From NCBI RefSeq assembly GCF_009914755.1, contig NC_060929.1: 64,000 nucleotides of DNA, one strand, 5' to 3'. This stretch comes from the human T2T-CHM13v2.0 reference genome, Homo sapiens. Both the position numbers and the translations under genes were made by a program. The stretch's first letter is position 1, and the number at the start of each line of letters is the position of its first letter. The notes below the pieces were generated by a model. That model did not search any database. It saw only the letters and a program-made list of their open reading frames with translations, and had not been told where the DNA came from. Of this stretch, positions 1 through 14,093 are shown piece by piece.

Positions 1-750
1 AACGTGCAGCATAGTTACATACGTATACATGTGCCATGTTGGTGTGCTGCACCCAGTAATTCGTCATTTAACATTAGGTATATCTCCAAATGCTATCCCT
101 CCCCCCTCCCCCCACCCCACAACAGGCCCCAGTGTGTGATGTTCCCCTTCCTGTGTCCCTGTGTTCTCATTATTCCATTCCCACCTATGAGTGAGAACGT
201 GTGGTGTTTGGTTTTTTGTCCTTGCAATAGTTTGCTCAGAATGATGGTTTCCAGCTTCATCCATGTCCCTACAAAGGACATGAACTCATAGTTTTTTATG
301 GCTGCATAGTATTCCATGGTGTATATGTGCCACATTTTCTCAATCTAGTCTATCACTGATGGACATTTGGGTTGGTTCCAAGTCTTTGCTATTGTGAATA
401 GTGCCACAATAAACATACGTGTGCATGTGTCTTTACAGCAGCATGATTTATAATCCTTTGGGTATATATCCAGTAATGGGATTGCTGAGTCAAATGGTAT
501 TTCTAGTTCTAGATCCCTGAGGAATTGCCACACTGCCTTCCACAATGGTTGAACTAGTTTACAATCCCACCAACAGTGTAAAAGTGTTCCTATTTCTCCA
601 CATCCTCTCCAGCGCCTGTTGTTTCCTGACTTTTTAATGATCACCATTCTAACTGGTGTGAGATGGTATCTCATTGTGGTTTTGATTTGCATTTCTCTGA
701 TGGCCAGTGATGATGAGCATTTTTTCATGTGTCTGTTGGCTGCATAAATG
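1..750 (-). mobile_element. L1PA LINE-1 3' fragment (ORF2 C-terminus + 3' UTR), 5'-truncated; 3' end lies outside the window
   Basis: Minus-strand ORFs give the L1 ORF2 C-terminus ([10 protein letters not shown]...[13 protein letters not shown]; MWHIYTMEYYAAIKN). The G-rich 3' UTR tract is at ~95-125. Confidence 0.97.
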
Positions 751-1292
751 CATATATATATATATATGTTATATACATACAGAGCCATTAAAATCCCTGC
801 ACAGTTCTTTAAATCAAGTGGGTTCTAATGTCATGACACTTTCTGTACTAGATCCAGCCCTAAAGAGATCACTCACTCTGTTTTCTCCCAGATAAGGATG
901 ATTAGAATAAGACTCACCAAAATCCCATACTTTCATGTTAATCATTGTAACCGATGAAACAAAATCAACTGGGGTTGATTTTCTATATCTATATCTATAT
1001 ATCTTTATTGATATCCATATGTATATTTATTTCTATATCTCCTAAAATGACTAAGTGATGCTGTAAATTCATAATAATAAGAAATTCTTATGGATAAAAG
1101 AGTATAACAAATAAATAGACTGCTTTATATGACATGCTAGTCTTGAAATTCAGTTATTTCTGATATTATGTATCTCATATGGTTGTGAATATTATAATAA
1201 TTGCATGGAAAATTTCACATTAGCATTTTAATAATAACTGTCATTATCTAATAATGGTCAGTGTCAACACACCTGACCTTCTGTCTTTATAA

Positions 1293-4340
<3,048 letters not shown>

Positions 4341-4379
4341 ACTTTCACATTAATAATCCAGGGTTTATATATCATCTGA

Positions 4380-4845
4380 ACAGGAGCCATACTGATATTG
4401 TCTCAATGCACCAATATATTTGTGCCTCTAAACTTCTATTCTGGCTACCTCTCCCCTTTCCAGGCTCACCAGGCTGCTTGTATAAATTATTGTGTACACT
4501 ACATTTACATGTCTGTGGTCTTGCCTATGTTTTTTTTTTCTCAGTATGACAATTTTTTTCACATACACCTTATTTAATTTTCAAGGTTCAGCTCAAATCC
4601 AGAAATTTCTTCTTGAGGACTCTACAAAAATAATAAATTTGAATATCATCTTAATTCTCTGCAGTGTTGCTTTGTTCTGCTTTTATACTTCTTAGATAGA
4701 AAGGTATGCACTTGTAGATCCACTGCCTCTATGTATTCTAATGTGAATAACACCATTAACTCACTATTGTCGTCACAGAACATAATATATAATGCCTTGG
4801 CAATAATAGTTGTGCAGCAAATATTTGCCTATTAAATGGAATTGA
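4380..4845 (+). mobile_element. L2 (LINE-2) 3' remnant
   Basis: 'tcaaggttcagctcaaat' and the terminal 'gccttggcaataatagttgtgcagcaaatatttg' resemble the L2 3' end. Confidence 0.5.
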
Positions 4846-5671
4846 ATATAACCCCGACAAAAACATAGAATAAAAGAAAATATGTGGGATCAGGTATACA
4901 CTCATTCAACACTTATTTGTAGATAAGTTGATGCATATTTTATTTGGTTTAGAAGAGTAAATTAGTCAATATTATCAGTAATTGTAGTTATTAGAAATTC
5001 TATATTGGGCAAATATATAAATTTATATAAGATAAACAATAGCTATATACAGTTTCATAATCTGCACATATACAGATATTTTGAAATATGAGATTATACA
5101 TCATACTACTTCCTCATATAATTTATTTCGTGGAATACTTCTGCCTTGAATAATAATAAAGTATATTTGGAAAATGTTATTAAATTAAATTTGGTATAAT
5201 TAAAATCGTGATAAGTGGCTATAACAAATATAAAAATAAAAACAAATCACTAGAAGTGGCATTATATTAATTCAAAATAATGAGCAAGTTGAAATTGTTT
5301 AAAAATGCAAACTGCATTATTATGAAGCTTATTACTTAATACAATCAACTCTATCAAATATATCAAATATATTTTCCCTTTAGATAAAAGGCACAAACAA
5401 ATGGATTAATCTAAAAAAGAGATATTTGTTTGGAATCTTCATTGAATCAAACATATTTTTAAAAATAATGAAAAGTTTTTAAATTCCACATGACTTTTTC
5501 TCTCCAGTAGCTCACAAATCACTGAGAGTTCTAATGTAATATACATGCAAGCAGCCATCCTGGCAGACTATTATCAGTGCTTGACCATCAAGCTTAGCGC
5601 TCAGAAAAGATGCAACCAACCTTCTCATTTTGCTTTTGTCCAGGGTAAGCCTACCGGTCATCTGGCCAAAG

Positions 5672-5838
5672 CACTGCTGCCAAAATCATCATCCAAAGAC
5701 CAGCAGCACTGGCATCCTGTGGGGGATTTGTAAAAGGCTCAACATCTTGGGGCTTCTACAGACCTCCAGAACAAGAATCTGGACTTTAGTAAGATTCTCA
5801 GGTGATTTGTGTGGGCCTGAAAGTTCAAGAATGACTTG
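5672..5838 (+). mobile_element. MER5A/MER5A1 (hAT-Charlie MITE)
   Basis: 'gaccagcagcactggcatc...cagacctccagaacaagaatctg...aagattctcaggtgattt...aaagttcaagaatgact' follows the MER5A1 consensus. Confidence 0.75.
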
Positions 5839-6487
5839 TTACACAGCAACAAGTTACCTACATTACTTTTAATTTATAACCCAGTTATTTAACCCTGATA
5901 TCCAACTTTCCCTTGCAAAACCTTCTACTGACTGATAGTACAGCTTTTCTATACCAATTTTTTTTTCCTGTTTGTTACCACTTAGATCATTTTCTTCATC
6001 ATTTCTTAGCCTTACTGTTGGCTGCTTCTTGAGAATACTACTTTCCTTCCAGTTCTCTAACTCTTTGCTGGTTATTTTCACACACCAACCGAATGGCCTT
6101 TCTGCTCAGCAATGGGCAGCACAATTTAGTGCTTGCCTTGTACATTGTTACCACCTCCAAAGTTACTATTCTGCTCTCTCAACATATTCTTTCTTCTTGG
6201 AAACCCATAACATAAAACAAAATCAGACCCTGACATTAGAGAACTAGTTCATGCAGGCCAATTGCCTACAAAGCCAATTGGCTGCTATAGTTCAGAGAGC
6301 AGAATAGCTTAAGGGCATCTGTCAAATTAATTTTACTTTATTTAAAACCTGCATTGGAACCTCCACTTCTGCTGCTTCTAAGGTCCAACTGAAATGGTAT
6401 CCATTCCAAGCTCTGATCTGCTGGCTAAAGCCAGAGCAGTAGCAAAAATTCTACTAATTCTTCCAAGAAGAAAAACACTTGCTTATC

Positions 6488-6536
6488 CAAACATATAAGT
6501 CAAAACAAAACAAAACAAAACAAACATATAAGTCAA
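6488..6536 (+). repeat. 16-bp direct repeat flanking a (CAAAA)n tract; probable tail-only retrotransposition scar
   Basis: caaacatataagtcaa at 6488-6503 and 6521-6536, with aacaaaacaaaacaaaa between. Confidence 0.7.
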
Positions 6537-6801
6537 GCTAGAAGGGCTTGCTTCATTATTGGTTACTAATTATTAGTTAGTATGCCAGGATTCATACTAA
6601 ATGGACTTTCTTTTTCATATTTTGATGAACAGTCACATTTGAAAAATTTCCATGTCATAAGGTCAGTAATATTGAGCATAGCATATAATTTTCCAAGAGA
6701 GACATATTAAAAATACTTCTCTGTAGATTTGGATGTATCTTATAGGAGGTTTGGCCCCTCACTGAGAATTATTACGTTATTTTATTATAGAGATTCTTGA
6801 A

Positions 6802-7177
6802 AGTATTAGTCTGTTCTCACACTGCTATAAAGAAATAGCTGAGACTGGGTAATTTATAAAGAAAAGAGGTTTAATTGGTTCACAGATCTGCAGGCTGTAC
6901 AGGAAGCATGGCTGGGGAGGACTCAGGAAACTTACAATCATGGTGGAAGGCAAAGGAGAAGCAGGTGCGTCTTACATAGCTGGAGCAGGAGGGTCCGGTG
7001 GGAAGTGCCACACACTTTTAAACAATCAGATCTTGTGAGAACTCTATCATAAGAAAAGCACCAAAGAGGGAAATCTGCCCCCTTGATCCAGTCACTTCCC
7101 ACCAGGCCCCACTTCCAACATTGGGGATTACAATTTAACATGAGATTTGGGCAGGGACACTAATCCAAAACATATCA
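6802..7177 (-). mobile_element. MSTA MaLR solo LTR
   Basis: 'gtattagtctgttctcacactgctataaagaaa...gaggtttaattggttcacag...ggacactaatccaaaacatatca' is the reverse complement of the MSTA consensus. Confidence 0.92.
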
Positions 7178-8432
7178 AGAATGTTGTGTGATAAAGAATA
7201 TTGGATGAAGCTCAGTGAAAGTGGACATGGATTTTTTTTTTTTTAAAAATTGATTTTAGTCTACTTTAATTTTCTAGTTCAGGTTGTGCTTAATCATACA
7301 GATAATATTGTAGTATTTCTTTTTAACATAATCCCTACTGGTCTCTCTTTGCCTTGAAGATAATATTACTCAGCATAGAATAAAGATTCTTTTAATTTTT
7401 GCACTTTTGGAAAATGTTGTGGATCCATTTTAATTAATATGCTCATTTTTTGCATCCCTAATTTTAGAGAATATCATCTTTAACTTCCTAATGGGGCAAA
7501 GGCTTAAGATATTGGCATGCCCATTTACTGTAGACAGATCGTAGACAGAATGTAGACATTCTTAGAAATATATGCTCAATTTCAAATTGCACTTATGCTG
7601 CCCTTCTTTCAGTTCTGTGATCTATTGTATTAATTGACATTGCTTATGAACCATCATAATCATATAAATAATATTCTATGGATGCATGATCTATCTATAG
7701 TATCCAAAAGGACATATTTGAAGGCAGGTGCAATGTCAGGTCTTTAAACATAGCCCCCATATGTAGAAATCTAATGAGTTTGTCACTGGTTAGATGCATT
7801 GGGTTTATTTGGATTTATAACTCAACTTGATTAAGTATATACAGTCAATGAAATCTAAAGTATTTCTTTTGATATCTCCAGTTCAGTTGATAAATAGTAT
7901 GCATTGATTTCACATGCCAGGTTGGCAACTAGTGGAATTTAATCAATGGTCCACTTCATATTCCTTCCAAATAAATTATAAGACAAGAACAGAATACTAA
8001 TACAGTTTTGATATAAAATAAAAAGATGTAGATCATTGTCATCCTCATATCAATAAAATTAGATCTGTGGGCCAGGTACACTGGTGATGAAAATTGTGCA
8101 TTAGCTTAATTCAAAATAGTATAGAGCTTGCCTGGGGCTGGGTTAAATTCTTTTCCAAGTTAAAATAATGCCTACTGTTCCTTATGTAATATGAGAATAT
8201 GTGACCTATATGGAAATAGTTCACTGTGAATTGATATATTTCATATGGTTACTTTGTGGACCTAAGATGCTAAAGGTGTTAATTTATGGTGGCACAAATC
8301 AACCATTTTTTGCCATTATTAAATAACTAAAATTAATTGATTGTATGATAAGAGATCAAGAACATATATCACCCAAAGACTTATTGTGGAACTATTCCTG
8401 TAAGTTGAATTAAAAATTGCATGTGACAAAGT

Positions 8433-8612
8433 TTTTATGTATGTATGTATTTATTTATTTATTTATTAGAGATGAGGTCTCACTCTATTGCCCATGCTGA
8501 AGTGTAGTGGTGCGATCATAACTCACTGCAGCCTCAACTCCAGGGCACCAACAATCCTCCTGCCTCAGCCTCCCAAGTAGCTAGGATTACAGCCTGAGCC
8601 ACCATTCCTGAT
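8433..8612 (-). mobile_element. Old Alu monomer (FRAM or AluJ right arm)
   Basis: A (TATG)/(TATT) tail followed by 'gagatgaggtctcactctattgccca...gatcataactcactgcagcctcaactcc' with AluJ-type diagnostics; single arm only. Confidence 0.88.
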
Positions 8613-8627
8613 AACAACTTGAATTTA

Positions 8628-8653
8628 AGAAAGAGAGAAAGAGAGAGAGAGAG
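8628..8653. repeat. (GA)n microsatellite
   Basis: agaaagagagaaagagagagagagag. Confidence 0.9.
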
Positions 8654-11600
8654 TTACAATTAGGTAATTTTTCTTCCACATATATACCTTACTTGGTAGT
8701 TTTTCAAATTATTGGTGCAATATTGGAAAGTACTTTTGATGCCCTTAAAAAAGCTGGAATATTTACCCAACTATAATGTATGGTGGTACAGGCATCAGAT
8801 CTTAAATCTTGTTAGGACCTATGGTTCGTATATTCTGAAGACTCACACTACCAGTAGTAAAGCAGGATTGTCTAAATCTCCTTAGAACCTGACTCCTGCC
8901 ATAGAGTTTAGACATAAATATAGATTCTGTAGTACAGTGACCATAAATACACCTTCTCTTCCCAGACTTAATTCTATCACTCAATACCAAATTTATGGCT
9001 ATTGACCTATATATCAGTCATAATTGTGTTAAGTGCTTTTGTTTTAGTCTCCATAGTTACATAGTTTAGATCAAAGAGTTACAGCAAAATGCTTTTTAAG
9101 TCCTTAGAAAATTTCTATTGTTAGCATGTTGACTCTGGTCTAAAATATTCATTATAGTCTATCCTCTTAGATAGGAAGTCGATTGGGATCCTCATTAAAT
9201 AGACTTACCAGGGCTTTAAGATTGCATTCAAAGTGTTATATCAGAGGAACAATTGCCTCCTGAACATTGGTAATTAGATTAATGAAGGGATGAAATCATG
9301 ATGAAATCTTTCGTCTCTTGGTTAATATTAGTAGATAAGTTTCCTGGATATAGAGGTTCATACTCTTTTAATCATTTCAACTGTTCCTTTGCGTCTTAAT
9401 ACTCGGTCAGTGATGTAAGCATTAGTTCATTGGAATTCTAAGCATTACTTCACTCAGACTGTTAAAAATCTTCTGAAAATATGACTGGGTTGGAGTTAAA
9501 ATTAAGGTTGCAGTATGAGATAATGTGCTTTTATGTGATTTCTTTGACTTACTGTCTATTGTTCAGATGTATGCCAAAGACGCTGAGATATTATCCAATA
9601 CTTTTGGCAAGAGTTTAGCAAGACAATAAAGGGTTAGGTCATACTCTCTCTATTATTGGTATTCTGCTTTTTGTATCTTGTTCTCTCCACTAGCAAGACG
9701 TTCCAACCCCCAGGCAATTGCATGTGCATCTTATAGAAGTAATTTAATTTTGCTCTCTTGGCACTTTGTTAGCAGGAAATCCTGATTTACTACCTGTAAA
9801 TTGATTATATAGTTTTCTGTCTACCCTTTACAACAAACCTTATAACTCTGTATAAATTTTCTCCTTGGCAGAGTTCAGCCATTAGAAATTAAGTGCTGCT
9901 TTTTTACTGAAAAAAAAAAATGTTACTAGTATTTATTTTAAACTCACTAGGCCAGTCAGGAAGTTTTCCTTTTGCCATAAAAGTAGAAAGCCTTCTATAC
10001 GGATGTTATGGGCAACAGACTCTTAGAGGTAACTTAGCTTCTACCCAGTGATTTTGAGTCCCTCATCCTTCATTTCCCTATTTCCTGACTCTCTCAAACT
10101 TCTCAGTTTGACAGAAATCCAAGGCTTTTACAATGTACTGAACTCAGAGATAAATTGAACAACAGCTATTTCAACTACTATAATAGTTTCCCTTTCAAAA
10201 ATCCCAAAACTGAGCCAAATTTCCAGGTGGCCATGAACTGATATTTAGGTGTGACTTTCTATGTCTTTTTGGATGGCACAGCATTTCATTCCTCAGTGTG
10301 GTAGATTTCCTGTCATAATCGTGATTATTGTGCGATTCATAAACAACCTTTGTATCAGCCCTGTCCAGCAGATCATAAGCGGTTATTTACCAGGGAGGTT
10401 GGCAAGATCCATGAAATATAAAATTTTTTCCACAATTTGTTGGCATTACTTTATCCCATCCAGCTACTTATTGTTGAAAAAAAAAATGGTGAAAGGTAGG
10501 GACATTGAAGAATTCGACCATTTTGTTAGTCTGAGATCTTTTGTTATCCTCAAGTCTTCTGCCTCTGGCATTACAATCATGTTGTCAGACAATGTGGAAT
10601 TATATTCATTTGAATGTTAAACTGAAAAGAAATAAGCTCATTCACTTATTATTCTCATGAATTATGTCAGTGCCTACTGGCAGATCATGCAGTGAAAACT
10701 GCATATATGATTTTCTTTTATGTTTAATTTATTTTTGCTTTTAATAACATTTTACCAGAAAATAATAAACACTATTACCTAACATTGCTCTTTGAAATAT
10801 GGTTAAACCTGGAATTATCAAAAAAGAACATTTTTTCATTCCCTATGTTTTATAGCAACACTATTGACAAAGGGCATTGACAGGGCTGTGATGAATTAGA
10901 AGTCACTTGTTTATTTTCTATCAGCCTTTTTTTACCTGCTCAGAAGAGACTGCCCAGAAAATTTAGTAGTAAGCAGTTTGTGTAATAATAAGGATGTTAG
11001 AAAAACAAAGGTCCCTAGAAGAAAGAATTTAGTTCACGCAGTAAGTATACACTTTATCTGAGTTCATGGCCTAAGCAATTAGGCTTTAATAAATGTAAAG
11101 TTTATCTTGCACCCAGCTTATGTTTTCACTGTGCCTGAAAAGCAGTTCTAATATATCCCCAAAGGTAAAGATCTCAATATGTTTGTAATGTTCCTTAACA
11201 TGCAGAATGTACTTAGTTTTACCCACTTCCTATGAAATTCTTAATCATTTAGTCTTCGACGAAATAATTAAACAACTATGAGCATGCTTAAAATCATGTA
11301 AATCAGACTATAATCATCTGTTACTATTCTCATGAAATGATATCATTATTATGTATATAAGTGAAATAATTACCTTAATATTATGATATGACTGGCTATT
11401 ATCTTCATTGTGCTATAGCTTTATTTAAAAATATCTCCAACTGAATGAGGTTTTCTTTTGGAGGGATTATTAATAAAAAAAAATTTAACTTAAAATGTGA
11501 TAGATTTTGTTGTGTGACTCAAAATGAAACACGCCCTTATTTAACCATTGATTGCAATATATATTATCATCATATTAGTTAAAGTATACAATGAAATTTA

Positions 11601-12864
11601 GCTAAATTAAGTCTCTTGAAAAAAGCTTTTGGAAGGAAAACAGCACGGTAGGTGGCCAAACATTATAGTCTCAAACACGAAACAAAACCTCAAAGTCTCA
11701 AGGCTTAGGAAGTGAGAAAGAATAAAAGAAAAAATATTGAACAGAACAATCTGAGTTGTTGTTAGAGTCTCTTAGGAAATCGTATAACAAGATTCAGGAA
11801 AAAAAATAAAAACTCCAAAACTGGAGTTAGTGAGAATAAAAAACTGAGAGTAAATTATTGGTATCAGAAAGGGTAGCATGTAAAGTGGGAAAAGCAGAGC
11901 CAAGGACAGCAGAGATAACTAAAAAGGTGATCCTTTCTCACCATTAGGAAACCAAACATAAATCTGAAGAAGAAATAGGAGAGAAGCAAACGAGGTGGGA
12001 GAAAAAAAGAGTAAGAGGAGGAGGAGACATAGGAGAGGGAGGAGGAGTAGGAAGAGTTTAAAAATAAAATTCTAATGTACAGCATGGAAGTGAAAAACAG
12101 GAATAACAGGAAATGTCAATTACTGCTTTCAATAGAAATTTATGAGGTGAGGTTACAAATGGCAAATAATTGTTATTGGTTATGGGGAGTTTGTTTATAA
12201 ATAAGGTAGAATAGATCATTTATGTCTTACTAATATCTTGTAAATTTGAGTTCCAGTAGTATAAATTGATCTATGTTGAAAACTGTATAACAAATGCATT
12301 TAATAGAGAGGCTTACTAATATGTTACATATGTAAGATATATTTCTGATCACTTCTTTTCTGTAATGCAACAATATTTAAAATACACAAGTGTTTTCAGT
12401 GTGCGTTAAGAAAATATGAACAAATAAAAGTTGCTAATGAATTTATTTTTTTAATATGGAAATATTAGACACTCATAACTTTTCATTATTACTAAAGGTG
12501 CCAATATGCCCTAGTGATTCTAAGTGCAAAGTGCATTATAATATTATTAAAAACAATTAGATCTCTAGAATTTAGAATAAGCAGTAACACATTTGATATT
12601 TATTTAAAGAAAGCCAGGGATCAGAGTTATTGCTGTGATCCTTAGCAAGCGGTAAAGGAAATACAAAGACACAATTTTCTATACATGAAATTGCTTGCAT
12701 TTCAAAGGTTACTATCGATAATTCCAACAGCCATTGCAACAACAAAAATATACCTAGGAAGGTAGTCACAGAAAATTACTTATAGTAGAGCAAAATAGTT
12801 TGAAAAAAATCATTTGAATTTCAACATTTAAAACAAATTATTTACATATAAATGCATATGTATA

Positions 12865-14093
12865 CAGTCACATGTCATTTAACAATGGGGATATATTCTG
12901 AGGAATGCTTCTTTAGTCAACTTTGTCATTGTTTGTACATATAATAGTGTACTTACACAAACCTAAATGGTATAGCCTCCTGCCTGTGTAGTCCGTATAA
13001 TATAGTGAATACTGTTGACAATTGTAACGCAACGGTAAGTGTTTGTGTGCTTAAATATAGCTAAACATAGAAAAGGTACAGTAAAAACACAGTTTAAAAG
13101 GTAACAAATGGTACTTATTTATAGGGCACTGATCATGAATGAAACCTGAAGGACTGGGAGTTGCTCTGAGTGAGTCAGTAAGTGTTATGCAAATTGTGAA
13201 GTCCTAGGATATCACTGTTTACTAGTGTAGACTTTATAAACACGCTACACTTAGGCTACAGAAAATTTATTTTCAAAATTCTTTTTTCAATAATAAATTA
13301 ACCTTACCTTAGTGTAACTTTTAAATTTACAAATTTTTAAGCTTTTTAAAGTTTTACTTTTTTATAGTAACAGTTTAAAACACAAATTTTACAGCTGTAC
13401 AGAAATACTATTTTTTATATCTCTATTTTATAATATTTTTGTATTTAATTTTTTAAACTTTCAAATATTTTTTCTGTGTGTGGAAAACTAAGACACACAC
13501 ACATTAATCCAGGCCTACACAGGTCAGAGTCATTAATATAACTGTTTCTACCTCTACATCTTGCCTTACTGGAAAGTCTTGGGGCAATCGGGGTCAGGAT
13601 CATTAATATAACTGTCTTCCACCTCTACAACATCTTGTGTCACTGGAAAGTCTTCCAGGGCAATAACACATATGGCACTGCCAACTCCTATAATAACAAT
13701 GCCTTCTGGAATACCTCCTGAAGTACCTGCCTGAGGCTGTTTTACATTTAACATATTATTTTTTAAATGAGTAGAACTACACTGTAAAATAACAATAAAA
13801 AGGACGGTATAGTTAATGCATAATCCAGTTACATTGCCTTTTATTATAATTATCAAGTATTATGTACTGTATATAATTGTATGCATGTACAAATCTTACA
13901 CTTTTATAGGACTGGCAGGGCAGTAGGTTTGTTTTACAATAAACACAAAAGTAATGCCTTGTGTTACAACTTTATGATGACTAAGAGGTCACTAGGAAGT
14001 AGAATTATTTTTTGCTTTGTTATAACCTTATGGGATCGCCATTGTGTATGTGGTCTGTTGTTGATTGAAACATTACTATGCAATGCATGACTA
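12865..14093 (+). mobile_element. Tigger3b (MER7B) TcMar-Tigger non-autonomous DNA transposon
   Basis: Starts ta|cagtcacatgtcatttaacaatggggatatattctgag, contains 'gtgtacttacacaaacctaaatggtatagcct', and ends gcaatgcatgacta|ta. About 1.2 kb with TA flanks. Confidence 0.9.

Larger units (their letters stand above)
6450..10860 (-). pseudogene. Candidate endogenous Mononegavirales L (RNA-dependent RNA polymerase) gene fragment, heavily decayed; pneumo-/paramyxo-/filovirus-like
   Basis: Manual minus-strand translation across stops and frameshifts gives collinear L-like motifs: NMIVMPEAE (10557-10583), FMDLAN (10398-10415), GSVLGFLKGKL/IVVEIAVVQFISE (10143-10216), ITG*KLSYL*ES (10017-10052), KAFYFYGK (9971-9994), LAYI*TIDSK (9548-9577), LKEYEPLYPG (9342-9371), FINLITNVQEAI (9251-9286), RRCIYG (in ORF 8802-8990), LFPYRSHILILHK (8181-8219), YEDDNDLHLFILYQNCISIL (7990-8049), EGPNL (6746-6760). 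Both boundaries are approximate. Confidence 0.8.

Noticed and set aside
7512-7529. SKWACQ resembling the henipavirus L connector 'IKWAFE'
   Set aside because: The spacing to the next connector block is much longer than expected, so it is not counted as evidence.
8802-8990. ORF first read as a LINE (RTE-X/CR1) C-terminal zinc finger
   Set aside because: There is no CCHC spacing and no upstream RT motif; the flanking blocks fit Mononegavirales L better.
10261-10620. 119-aa plus-strand ORF starting with ATG
   Set aside because: No recognisable protein. It is antisense to the L-like blocks and is best explained as a shadow frame.
10980-11340. Open minus-strand stretch upstream of the EVE (KYILHVKEHY...)
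   Set aside because: No expected N-terminal L motifs (e.g. GHP, WP) were found, so it is left out of the element.
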